Assembly: GCA_964613395.1 (NCBI GenBank)
Contig: CAZTGO010000002.1
Location: forward strand, 159,631 to 223,630
DNA: 64,000 nucleotides
Direction: 5' to 3'
DNA from: an uncultured Candidatus Poseidoniales archaeon
GTDB taxonomy: Archaea; Thermoplasmatota; Poseidoniia; Poseidoniales; Poseidoniaceae
The notes below the pieces were generated by a model. The model saw only the letters and a list, made by a program, of their open reading frames with translations. It ran no database searches and was not told the DNA's origin. Positions 51,570 through 60,196 of this stretch are shown here, one piece after another. Each line of letters opens with the position of its first letter. Position 1 is the first letter of the stretch. The position numbers and the translations under genes were made by a program.

Positions 51570-51880
51570 TGTTGAAGGAGATGATTGACATGGTAAAACC
51601 GAGTGCATGGGCATCACACATTCTTGTTGAATCAAAATCCGAGGCGATTCAATTAAAGCAAAAAATTAGCAAATTGAAAGATTTTCAGAAGGCTGCTCGA
51701 AAGAAAAGTACTTGTCCATCTCGTCAAAAAGGTGGTGATTTAGGATGGTTTCGACAAGGACAAATGGTGCCAGAATTCGATGTTGCAGTGTGGGAAACTC
51801 CTCTCCAACAGACTTCGGATCCAGTAAAAACAAAATTTGGATATCACCTAATCTGGGTTCATGAACGTGAAGAAAAGTAG
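51566..51880 (+). CDS. parvulin-type peptidyl-prolyl cis-trans isomerase
   Basis: 104 aa; ASHILVES...GGDLGWF...FGYHLI matches the PpiC/parvulin fold motifs. Confidence 0.75.
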   Translation: MMLKEMIDMVKPSAWASHILVESKSEAIQLKQKISKLKDFQKAARKKSTCPSRQKGGDLGWFRQGQMVPEFDVAVWETPLQQTSDPVKTKFGYHLIWVHEREEK

Positions 51881-51885
51881 GTGCT

Positions 51886-52260
51886 TTGATGAAGTTCACA
51901 GTCGGCCTTGATGCGTATGAAGTATGTGCAATCCATGGGTATTATGACGAAGAACATGTAGAACCTCAACCGTTTGTCGTTTCATTAAAAGTTGAATTCT
52001 GCTCAGATAATGGTGTGCATGACCTCGAACAGACAACCGATTATGGAGAATTACAACGGGTCGTCGACCATGTGTTTCTCGAAAGTCAACAACCGATACG
52101 TCTTCTTGAAGTTCTAGGTTGGTCCATTATTGAAGAATTAAAACAAACGGGAAATATACAACTCATCTGGATACGAATTGAAAAGCCAAATGCTCCTTTG
52201 CCACACCCAGGTGGCCTACCATACATTGAGATGAAATGGGAAAAGGAAAACCAAACTTAA
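51886..52260 (+). CDS. folB: dihydroneopterin aldolase-like (FolB family) protein
   Basis: 124 aa; G-YxxE...Q...DYxxL...LLE-LA...IKL-KP pattern (HGYYDEEHVEPQ, TTDYGELQRVV, LLEVLGWSIIEEL, IRIEKPNA). Confidence 0.6.
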   Translation: MMKFTVGLDAYEVCAIHGYYDEEHVEPQPFVVSLKVEFCSDNGVHDLEQTTDYGELQRVVDHVFLESQQPIRLLEVLGWSIIEELKQTGNIQLIWIRIEKPNAPLPHPGGLPYIEMKWEKENQT

Positions 52261-52284
52261 GAGGATAAAGCAGATGCTCCATTC

Positions 52285-52731
52285 ATGACCGGAGAATACA
52301 CCGAGGTGTTTGTTCCAAGTCTCATTTCAAATCAAGATGAATCAAATGCACTGGGATGTTTTTCTTCAGAGGAATTGGCCTGGGATGTTCTAAAAACTCA
52401 TTTGAGAAGTGACCTCCAAGAACAGTATAGCTCAGCGAGCATAGTGAAATGGATCCTTGATGTTCCCGGTGAAGAAGGATTTGAAATCCAAACAAGTCTA
52501 AACTGCAGAGAATGTCCAGCATGCCGAAGAAGGACATTTTGGATTGATTTTGACTCATCAAAAGGTCAATGTCACCAAGTTGCATGTTTAGCATGGATTG
52601 AAGAAAAATCAGAGGAAGAAGTTCATTATGGTTGGCCTCCCGTTCAATTTTCAGGTCAAACAGAAACGTTATCAGATGCAATGAAAATGTTGCATGAAAA
52701 AGCGAGTGAGGCAGACGCAGCAGGTATGTGA
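52285..52731 (+). CDS. hypothetical protein with Cys/His cluster
   Basis: 148 aa; CRECPACRRRTFWIDF...CHQVAC possible zinc-binding site; otherwise unassigned. Confidence 0.4.
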   Translation: MTGEYTEVFVPSLISNQDESNALGCFSSEELAWDVLKTHLRSDLQEQYSSASIVKWILDVPGEEGFEIQTSLNCRECPACRRRTFWIDFDSSKGQCHQVACLAWIEEKSEEEVHYGWPPVQFSGQTETLSDAMKMLHEKASEADAAGM

Positions 52732-52743
52732 ACTTGTTTTTTG

Positions 52744-53019
52744 TTAACCAATAACCTGCATTCCCAAGGCAAATAGGTAAGGTAAAGCAAACAATCCGAA
52801 AAAGACAAACATTGCGATTCTGACGACCCTTTGATTTTTCTCATCTTTTTCATGTTTTTCAATACAGTCTTGATTTTTACAAACTCGTAATTCAACATTC
52901 ACAGGAATGGGCTCATGGCAGATCCTGCAGTGCTTGTGTGCAGGTATTTTTTGGGTTGAACTCACAATGTTCTTTCCGGTTTTCTTGACAATATTTTTTA
53001 TTTTTTCAGCATCAACCAC
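52744..53019 (-). CDS. small zinc-finger protein with C-terminal TM helix
   Basis: 91 aa; HCRICHEP...CKNQDC cysteine cluster, then RIAMFVFFGLFALPYLFALG. Confidence 0.35.
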   Translation of the reverse strand: MVDAEKIKNIVKKTGKNIVSSTQKIPAHKHCRICHEPIPVNVELRVCKNQDCIEKHEKDEKNQRVVRIAMFVFFGLFALPYLFALGMQVIG

Positions 53020-53028
53020 ATGCTCACC

Positions 53029-53730
53029 TCATGGTAGGATGGTCGTTCCGTCAAAATGCTCGTTCTTAGTTGCTGCTCCAATGAGATCGGGTTGTCGTCC
53101 ATCGAGAACAAGAATTTTCAATCGGCCTTCAATTGCCTTTTTGATAGCAACTGGGTCAACGACTGCAGAAGCACCGGGTTCAAGTCGCTCTCCAGTCAAT
53201 TCCAAGAGTTCGTGAAGGGAAAGAGATGTGATTGGACTTGCATCTTGGTGTACACGTGGGTCCTTTGAGTATACATGTGAAACATTCGTTGCGATAATAC
53301 AATGTTCAGCCCCTGTTTTACAAGCGACATTTACCGCTACAGTATCGGTTGTTTGTCCAGGCACTGTGCCCCCCATCAAAACCATCGAATGATTCGAAAT
53401 CATATCATTCACTTGGTCGGAAGTTGTAGGAATTTCTGCTGAAACATCGAATGAATTTGCTGCAAAAATTTGTTGCAACATCGTTGCATTCAATCGAGTA
53501 GCAGCAATTCCTATTGTGTCGAGTCGATCAGGTGATGTGACAAACTGTTTTGCGATTGAAATGTGTTCTCTCGCAGGAGCACCTCCGCCAACGACTAAAA
53601 TAAATTTCATACCTGAAGAAATTCCATGTTTCAAGAGTATCATTATTTTTTCAATCCAATCATGGCGGTCGTGTTCGGAGTCGGGCCGTAAGAGGCTGCC
53701 TCCTAACGCAATCACCTGAACTTCACCCAT
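53029..53730 (-). CDS. pyrH: uridylate kinase (archaeal PyrH; amino-acid kinase family)
   Basis: 233 aa; VIALGGSLL and VVGGGAPAREH motifs of the carbamate/UMP kinase fold; archaeal PyrH-like length. Confidence 0.65.
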   Translation of the reverse strand: MGEVQVIALGGSLLRPDSEHDRHDWIEKIMILLKHGISSGMKFILVVGGGAPAREHISIAKQFVTSPDRLDTIGIAATRLNATMLQQIFAANSFDVSAEIPTTSDQVNDMISNHSMVLMGGTVPGQTTDTVAVNVACKTGAEHCIIATNVSHVYSKDPRVHQDASPITSLSLHELLELTGERLEPGASAVVDPVAIKKAIEGRLKILVLDGRQPDLIGAATKNEHFDGTTILP

Positions 53731-53847
53731 GTTCTCTCATAGGCCGTTCACTTCTTCATCATTTCCATGTTGACATAGCCCTGATTACCACTTGTTATAG
53801 GGGAGGATTCAAGAGATTAGGCTTAGCCCAATAGAACGGGGGCTCAC

Positions 53848-55089
53848 ATGTCGGAGGAAGCATCACTATCCGCTCGACGGTTAAAATTGAAACTTGCCCT
53901 CGAAGACCTGCGTGAAATGAAGGGTTTCGGAACTGAACTCGTCACTCTCATCATACCTCCAGACCGACAAATTCATGATGCTAGAACAATGCTTCAGAAT
54001 GAACATGGTCAAGCAGCAAACATCAAGTCAAAGGGGACGAGAAAAAATGTTCAAGGTGCTATTGAATCAGCCATTTCCACACTTTCGCGTTACAAAACGC
54101 CTGGTGAAAACGGTATTGCCATTTTTGTAGGTTCTATTATTGTAGGAAACAATAAGACGAGAATGGTGAACGTCGTTGTAGAAGACCCACCTCAAGAATT
54201 AATCTCATTCCGATATCGTTGTGATTCAACATTTGAATTGACGCAACTTGAAGAGATGCTCGTTGATAAGAAATCATACGCCCTATTCGTGATCGACCGC
54301 TCTGAAGCAGCATATGGTGTTGCCACTGGAAAACGAATTCATGTGCAGGAACATCTAACGTCAAACATCATGGGAAAACACCGGCAAGGTGGTCAATCAG
54401 CACAACGATTTGAACGTTTGATTGAAGAAGCAGCCCATAATTTCTTCAAGCGTGCAACTGAACATGCATCTGATTATTGGCTTCCACATCTAGAAAACAT
54501 ACAGGCAGTAATCATTGGCGGGCCGGGTGCAACAAAAGATTTCGTTGTCAAGAATGACTATTTTCACCATGAAATTGCGAAGAAGATTGCAAAAACAACA
54601 TTCGACGTTGGTTATTCCAACGAATCTGGTATCCGTGAACTGGTCGATAACGCAGGTTCACTGATGGGGGAGATTGAATTGGATGCCGAGCGACAACTTA
54701 TGAATCAATTTCTCGCTGAATTATCTAGGGCTCATCCAAAGGCAACCTATGGTGAAATGATGGTCCGTGATGCATTAGAGCAAGGTGCTGTTGATCGCCT
54801 CTTGGTATCAGAGGGCCTTCGAAAAAGCCGAATTCATCTTAAATGTGGTCAATGTTCAACCGAATGGAATGTAACGCTTGGACGAACTGAAGAGTTACCC
54901 AATTGTAATGCATGCAAAAGTTCGGACGTCGAGGAGGTGCATTCAGAATCACTGATTGATGAGTTTACCACTCTTTCGGCAAAAGGCAACAGTTCAATTT
55001 CATTCATTTCAAGCGACACAGAGGAGGGTTCTCAACTGTTGCAAGGATTTGGCGGCATGGCTGCATTACTTCGATATGCCTTGATGTGA
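53848..55089 (+). CDS. prf1: peptide chain release factor aRF1
   Basis: 413 aa; NIKS stop-codon recognition motif (AANIKSKG) and GGQ motif (RQGGQSAQRFERL). Confidence 0.95.
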   Translation: MSEEASLSARRLKLKLALEDLREMKGFGTELVTLIIPPDRQIHDARTMLQNEHGQAANIKSKGTRKNVQGAIESAISTLSRYKTPGENGIAIFVGSIIVGNNKTRMVNVVVEDPPQELISFRYRCDSTFELTQLEEMLVDKKSYALFVIDRSEAAYGVATGKRIHVQEHLTSNIMGKHRQGGQSAQRFERLIEEAAHNFFKRATEHASDYWLPHLENIQAVIIGGPGATKDFVVKNDYFHHEIAKKIAKTTFDVGYSNESGIRELVDNAGSLMGEIELDAERQLMNQFLAELSRAHPKATYGEMMVRDALEQGAVDRLLVSEGLRKSRIHLKCGQCSTEWNVTLGRTEELPNCNACKSSDVEEVHSESLIDEFTTLSAKGNSSISFISSDTEEGSQLLQGFGGMAALLRYALM

Positions 55090-55098
55090 GGGGAGAAG

Positions 55099-56841
55099 AT
55101 GGAACGGCTCAAGCATGTCATTATCGAACATCTTCGTTCACAGTTTGAGGACATGAATCTTGAAGAGGAACATTGGGCACAACATCTTCAACAATCAAGA
55201 GAGGTGAGTCAAGGCGATGTTTCACTTCCATGTTTCCCATTGGCCAAGCAATTGAAGAAAAGCCCAATCGAAATTGCGGAATCAATAGCAAATACTTTTC
55301 CAAGCCTACCTGAGATTCATGAGTGTAATGCAGTGAATGGATATGTGAATTTTCGTGCATCAAATGAATGGATGTTTCAACAACTCGATGAATGCACAAA
55401 TCCTCCTTTGGAACACAAACATATTCTCATTGAACATACGTCCGCCAACCCAAATGGGCCGTTTCATGTTGGACGTGCTCGAAATGCAATTTTAGGTGAT
55501 ACGCTTGTCCGCCTTCATCGTTTAGCAGGTCATGAAGTGACCGCGGAGTATTATGTTGATGATATGGGCAAACAGGTTGCTGTGTTGGCGTGGGCATTAG
55601 AAAATTTGAGCAAAGAACGCGTTGATTCACTTTTGAGTGATAGAGGCGAAGAATCTGATATGTGGGAAGGAAAATCTGATCACCAATCAGTTCGTTGGTA
55701 TCAAGCCGCTCAACTTCTTCGACAATCATCAGAGAATAAGGACGAGATCGAGCAAGCAATTGCAAAAATGGTTCACGCAAGTGAACATGGGGACGAGGGC
55801 GTTTTGGCTCAATTTGAAGATGCATATCAGCCGGTGCTCGATGGGATGTTAGAAACGCTTCAACGGTTAGGGATTTCATTTGACCGCTTTACTAAAGAAT
55901 CAACCTTCGTCATTAATGGCGATGTCGCCAACCTCATCAATCGTTTGAAGCAGTCAGAATTACACTCAGAGGCAGAGAATGGTGCATACTTCCTTGATTT
56001 AGAACCGCGAGGTTTGAAAGGTAAAACAGAATTTTTCTATTGCAGAGGCGATGGTTCTTCGCTGTATGCAACAAGGGATATCGCATATCATCTTTGGAAA
56101 TGGGAGCAAAGTAATCATTTGGTTAACATTCTAGGTGAAGACCATAAATTACAAGCAAAGCAAGTTGGTTTGACATTGGAAGAGATCGAATCGAAATCTC
56201 CCGAAATTGTTTTTTATTCATTCATCAAATTACCCGAAGGAAAAATGTCAACAAGAAAAGGCAATGTCGTTTTCATGGATGATCTTCTTGAGGAGGCTCA
56301 TGCCCACGCAGCTCATGTTGTCAAAGAATTACGACCTGATTACACTGAGGATGAGGTGGCGAAAATTGCAGAAGCCGTAGGTACTTCGGCAGTCCGCTTT
56401 AACATCATAAAAGTGAGTCCAGAAAAAGGTTTTACCTTCAAGTGGGAAGACGCCCTCGCATTTGAAGCGGGTTCTGCTCCATTTGTGATGTATGCACATA
56501 CCCGTGCATGTTCGATTGAACAGAAAGTTAAAACTGAAACAGGTCTAAGTCAAATAGAGATTACAAATTGGAACGACGTACCAGAGGGTTGTGAAATATT
56601 GCTTCGAAACCTTCTCTTGTTTCAAGACCAATTGAAATCAGCAGTCAACGAAAACCGCCCACATATTTTTGCAACATATATGTTACAACTTGCTACTGCA
56701 TATCATGCATTTTACCGTGATTGTCATATCATCGATGGTTCAAATCTACAACTCTCATATCTCAAGATTTCAGAGGTTGCAAAACTTGCTCTGAATAAAG
56801 GCCTTACAGGCCTTGGTATCGTACCACTTGAATCAATGTGA
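55099..56841 (+). CDS. argS: arginine--tRNA ligase
   Basis: 580 aa; PNGPFHVGRARNAILGD (class I HIGH-type) and GKMSTRKG (KMSK-type) motifs; C-terminal anticodon-binding DALR region. Confidence 0.95.
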   Translation: MERLKHVIIEHLRSQFEDMNLEEEHWAQHLQQSREVSQGDVSLPCFPLAKQLKKSPIEIAESIANTFPSLPEIHECNAVNGYVNFRASNEWMFQQLDECTNPPLEHKHILIEHTSANPNGPFHVGRARNAILGDTLVRLHRLAGHEVTAEYYVDDMGKQVAVLAWALENLSKERVDSLLSDRGEESDMWEGKSDHQSVRWYQAAQLLRQSSENKDEIEQAIAKMVHASEHGDEGVLAQFEDAYQPVLDGMLETLQRLGISFDRFTKESTFVINGDVANLINRLKQSELHSEAENGAYFLDLEPRGLKGKTEFFYCRGDGSSLYATRDIAYHLWKWEQSNHLVNILGEDHKLQAKQVGLTLEEIESKSPEIVFYSFIKLPEGKMSTRKGNVVFMDDLLEEAHAHAAHVVKELRPDYTEDEVAKIAEAVGTSAVRFNIIKVSPEKGFTFKWEDALAFEAGSAPFVMYAHTRACSIEQKVKTETGLSQIEITNWNDVPEGCEILLRNLLLFQDQLKSAVNENRPHIFATYMLQLATAYHAFYRDCHIIDGSNLQLSYLKISEVAKLALNKGLTGLGIVPLESM

Positions 56842-56842
56842 G

Positions 56843-57952
56843 TTATTCTCTATGCCAACCATCTGGAAGTTGTAGCGGATCGGCAGCCCATTTTTGTTGA
56901 ACAAGACGGATGAGTTCAAGTCGCATTGCGTCAAGTCCAACATTTTCGATAGCGGACATTGTTACAGTTTTTTCATCATCGAAAAGAAGAGGAAGTTCCG
57001 GAGTGCCTTTTGACCCATCGTTCCTCCACTCTTCTTCCGCATCTTTGACATGCTGCCATTCAGAAGGGCGTGGATTCAATAAATCTGCTTTGGATGTCAC
57101 CACGATTGTTGGTGTATCGCCTAAGAGTTCCTTCACGTCCTCCAGCAAATGCAATTGTTCTTGTAAACCAGTGCCACAATGCTCACTTTTATCGATGATG
57201 AACAAAACCAACGAGCCAATATTTTCCAATGCCGCAATGGCTTGCATCTCAATATCGTTACGTTGAATCATTGGACGGTCAAGCAGGCCCGGTGTATCGA
57301 CCATTTGATATGGTAGTCTTCGATGGGTGAAATGCCCTACGTGAATTTGTTTCGTTGTGAATGGATAATGATTCACTTCCATGGTTCCTGTCGAAAGTGC
57401 GGAAATAAATGCAGATTTACCTACATTGGGTGCTCCACAAACGACAATAACCGGCAAACTCTGATCGACAGTTGGTAATTTTTTGAGTGTCTCCCTGGCT
57501 TCATTCAACCAAAGTAACGATTTACTCACCTGGCCCACGAGGGACGAGATTCGACCGTAAGCTTCCTTCCTCGCCTCATGCATGAGTTCCGTTCTTGCTG
57601 TTCGAGTTATTTTCTTTGCATTTTGTGAACTCACCTTCATGATTTGATTTGCAGCCCATTGAAGATTTGAGAGGTGGTGGCGATATTCATCACATCCGAC
57701 ACAGGCATCGATGAGTGCAAAGTCAAACTGAGGTGTTTGGTCGAGGGATGGCCAAGAATTGACTGTATCCAATAACTGAGTAGAAATAACATCCGCTGAC
57801 GTTTGCACCATACGAGTTAATTGCTTTCTGACTCGGAAGATCCTATCCTGGTCTTCGACCCTATCCGCTGCTTTTTTGGCACGGGAGAATCCTTTGTCAA
57901 GGATTTCATCCTCAAGCAAAACGGTTGGCAGCGATTTCCATGATACCTTCAT
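56843..57952 (-). CDS. Nog1-family GTPase
   Basis: 369 aa; G1 GAPNVGKS, G3 DTPGLLDRP, G4 SKAD; N-terminal Nog1-type helical domain. Confidence 0.8.
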   Translation of the reverse strand: MKVSWKSLPTVLLEDEILDKGFSRAKKAADRVEDQDRIFRVRKQLTRMVQTSADVISTQLLDTVNSWPSLDQTPQFDFALIDACVGCDEYRHHLSNLQWAANQIMKVSSQNAKKITRTARTELMHEARKEAYGRISSLVGQVSKSLLWLNEARETLKKLPTVDQSLPVIVVCGAPNVGKSAFISALSTGTMEVNHYPFTTKQIHVGHFTHRRLPYQMVDTPGLLDRPMIQRNDIEMQAIAALENIGSLVLFIIDKSEHCGTGLQEQLHLLEDVKELLGDTPTIVVTSKADLLNPRPSEWQHVKDAEEEWRNDGSKGTPELPLLFDDEKTVTMSAIENVGLDAMRLELIRLVQQKWAADPLQLPDGWHRE

Positions 57953-58064
57953 CCGTCTGCCTCATTCGCTTCGAAATCCTCCGTGTTCATGAACTGATGG
58001 GGTCATTTTTCCTTGAATGAGGTGCAATAGAGAGGTTGAAAAACGGTCGCAAAGTGTAAGAAAC

Positions 58065-58508
58065 ATGGCCAAGAAAAAGTCCGACTTTCAATTACCTAAC
58101 TGGGCTGTCCCAATTTGGGAAAGTATGGGTTCACCAAATCTCTCAGATGTTCAAGCGACATTACATGGTGATTTGTTGGAGCGAAGGCATGGATTAAGGA
58201 AAGATGACATTGTGGAAATCCTTCTTGATGCACGAGCATTCACTGACGGTGCTGACCTCATGTTGCGAGGAGTACTCGTCTCGACTGGAAAAGGGAGTCT
58301 GGAAGTGTTGTGTGAGGACGGAACGCGTCAATTCATTTCTCGAGATGTGATCGTAAAAATCACACTCATTGCCCACACCCGACCCGCATACATCGACGAC
58401 AAAGAATTACTTTCTTTCGAACGGGAAGACATGAAGCGTCGGTCTAAACTTCATGAGAAAGTCGAAAAAGAGAGCGCGGGCGATACGGACTCGCATCTAT
58501 GGGGATGA
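58065..58508 (+). CDS. hypothetical protein. The start is taken at MAKKKSDFQ; the track ORF begins at 58017.
   Basis: about 147 aa; no recognisable motif; its 3' end overlaps the next ORF by about 56 nt. Confidence 0.4.
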   Translation: MAKKKSDFQLPNWAVPIWESMGSPNLSDVQATLHGDLLERRHGLRKDDIVEILLDARAFTDGADLMLRGVLVSTGKGSLEVLCEDGTRQFISRDVIVKITLIAHTRPAYIDDKELLSFEREDMKRRSKLHEKVEKESAGDTDSHLWG

Positions 58509-58764
58509 GCCATTGGATGTTCCCTCGCCGTGGCGAGTTCTAGATGAAAAATTAATTTGTAATTTTAAATTTCCCAATTTCGACACCGCAAAAAAATTCG
58601 TTGACGAAGTGTCCATCCTTGCCGAGATTCAAAATCATCATCCAGACATCAAATTCGGTTGGGGGTATGTGTCGCTTGAGCTGTTTTCACACGATGAAAA
58701 CAAGATAACATCACGTGATATCTCCTTGGCTCAACGAATTTCAGAAATCGAACGGAGAGTTTGA
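58453..58764 (+). CDS. pterin-4a-carbinolamine dehydratase (the true start may lie downstream)
   Basis: FDTAKKFVDEVSILAEIQNHHPDIKFGWGYVSLELFSHDENKITSRDISLAQRI matches the PCD/DCoH (E/D)xHHP...W motif. Confidence 0.75.
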   Translation: MRKSKKRARAIRTRIYGDEPLDVPSPWRVLDEKLICNFKFPNFDTAKKFVDEVSILAEIQNHHPDIKFGWGYVSLELFSHDENKITSRDISLAQRISEIERRV

Positions 58765-58765
58765 G

Positions 58766-59101
58766 ATGGATGCAAAAAATCGAGAGACGCCTGGCTACAC
58801 TCGCCATCTTTTCATTTGTGGTCATGAACGGCAAGAAGGGTCTGCTCGTCCACATTGCCAAGGTCGTGGAAGTATGGAACTTCTTTCTCAATTGAAGATG
58901 CTAACTAGGGAAGCTGGCTTGAAGAATATTCGAGTTCAAAAATCAGGTTGTTTGGATTATTGTGAACAAGGAATTAGTTGTGTTGTATACCCTGAAGGAA
59001 CATGGTATTCTCTAAAGGATGATGCGCATTTAAGCGACCTTGTTGAGCATCTACGAAGCGGTACGATTGCTGACAAATTAATCATGCAAATTGACGATTA
59101 G
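58766..59101 (+). CDS. thioredoxin-like [2Fe-2S] ferredoxin-domain protein. The start is taken at MDAKNRE...; the track ORF begins at 58715.
   Basis: LFICGHERQEGSARPHCQGRG...SGCLDYCEQG (four-Cys NuoE/thioredoxin-like ferredoxin pattern). Confidence 0.6.
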   Translation: MDAKNRETPGYTRHLFICGHERQEGSARPHCQGRGSMELLSQLKMLTREAGLKNIRVQKSGCLDYCEQGISCVVYPEGTWYSLKDDAHLSDLVEHLRSGTIADKLIMQIDD

Positions 59102-59109
59102 AACGATTA

Positions 59110-59520
59110 TCAAAGTTTTACAGGCCGTGTTGCACCACATGCTTGACATTTGAGCAACGTCGTACGGTCTTCTTTGATGAAGTGAGTATCGGGTGCTGAA
59201 CATTGATTGCACTTGATGTACGTGTTGACATAACTGACAATTGCTGATTTGATTCTTTTTGGAGGAATCCGTCCTTTGAACCTGGCTCTTGGCCCATCAC
59301 GAGATCCGGAGGTACCCAAGTCATTGAGAAGATATTGGTAGACGTGATTATCGTCCCTTTCCATCATGGATACAACTTCATTGAAATTTCGAAAAATCGT
59401 GTTTGCACCTTCAATGAGAATTTGAGGTGCAGGTAACTGCCAACGGGAACGATTTGAGATTTCTTCAGGAATATTCTCTCTCGCTTTATCGAGCAACGCC
59501 TCATAATCGAAATCGCCCAT
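59110..59520 (-). CDS. eif2b: translation initiation factor aIF2 beta subunit
   Basis: 136 aa; C-terminal zinc ribbon CNQCSAPDTHFIKEDRTTLLKCQACG and central aIF2-beta core. Confidence 0.85.
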   Translation of the reverse strand: MGDFDYEALLDKARENIPEEISNRSRWQLPAPQILIEGANTIFRNFNEVVSMMERDDNHVYQYLLNDLGTSGSRDGPRARFKGRIPPKRIKSAIVSYVNTYIKCNQCSAPDTHFIKEDRTTLLKCQACGATRPVKL

Positions 59521-59605
59521 GTGGCATCGTCAAAGTTCCAGTTCTTCAAATGTTGCAATGTCGAATTGTGGGAAGAGTTGAAGTATCAACTTCTCACCCC
59601 GAGCA

Positions 59606-60196
59606 ATGAGTAAGATGGTGCTAAGTATTGAAGAACTCAAAGCCATGGCGTTAAATTTGAGAAAAGAAGGGTTGAACCCTCAGCAAATTGCTGATGAAAT
59701 GTCACTTTCTCAAGACACAATAGCATGGCTACTCACCGACGCGAACGAGGTCGACCGCCCATCTGACGTGCGTATTGGCTGGAGGACCATTGGGGTTCGG
59801 CCAGAGCGAATCTCTGCGATAGGAGATATCATGGCTGATGTGGTTATCGAAGAACTGGGTGAAGCTGCGGATACAATCGTTGGTATATCGATTAATGGTA
59901 TCACATTTGCATATGAGGTTGCAAGGAGTCTAGGCGTCGAGATGACAGTCTATAGAACAACGGACGAAGGCACTGGGCACGGTTCTCTATCAAATAAATA
60001 CGGTCAAGTGTCAGGCAAATCGGTCGTCATTATCGATGACGTGCTCTCTTCTGGCGTGACCATGTCAAAAACGATTGAATCAATTCGCGAAAAAGGTGGA
60101 GAGGTCTTACTGGCTGTCGTACTCGTGAATAAAACCACGAGAAATGAAATTGATGATGTCCCTCTACGTGGAATTATTCGTGCCGTTTCTGTCTAG
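59606..60196 (+). CDS. PyrE-like phosphoribosyltransferase-domain protein with N-terminal HTH (GfcR-type putative regulator)
   Basis: 196 aa; N-terminal LNPQQIADEMSLSQDTIAWLL HTH; PRPP-binding loop VVIIDDVLSSGVTM. Confidence 0.7.
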   Translation: MSKMVLSIEELKAMALNLRKEGLNPQQIADEMSLSQDTIAWLLTDANEVDRPSDVRIGWRTIGVRPERISAIGDIMADVVIEELGEAADTIVGISINGITFAYEVARSLGVEMTVYRTTDEGTGHGSLSNKYGQVSGKSVVIIDDVLSSGVTMSKTIESIREKGGEVLLAVVLVNKTTRNEIDDVPLRGIIRAVSV

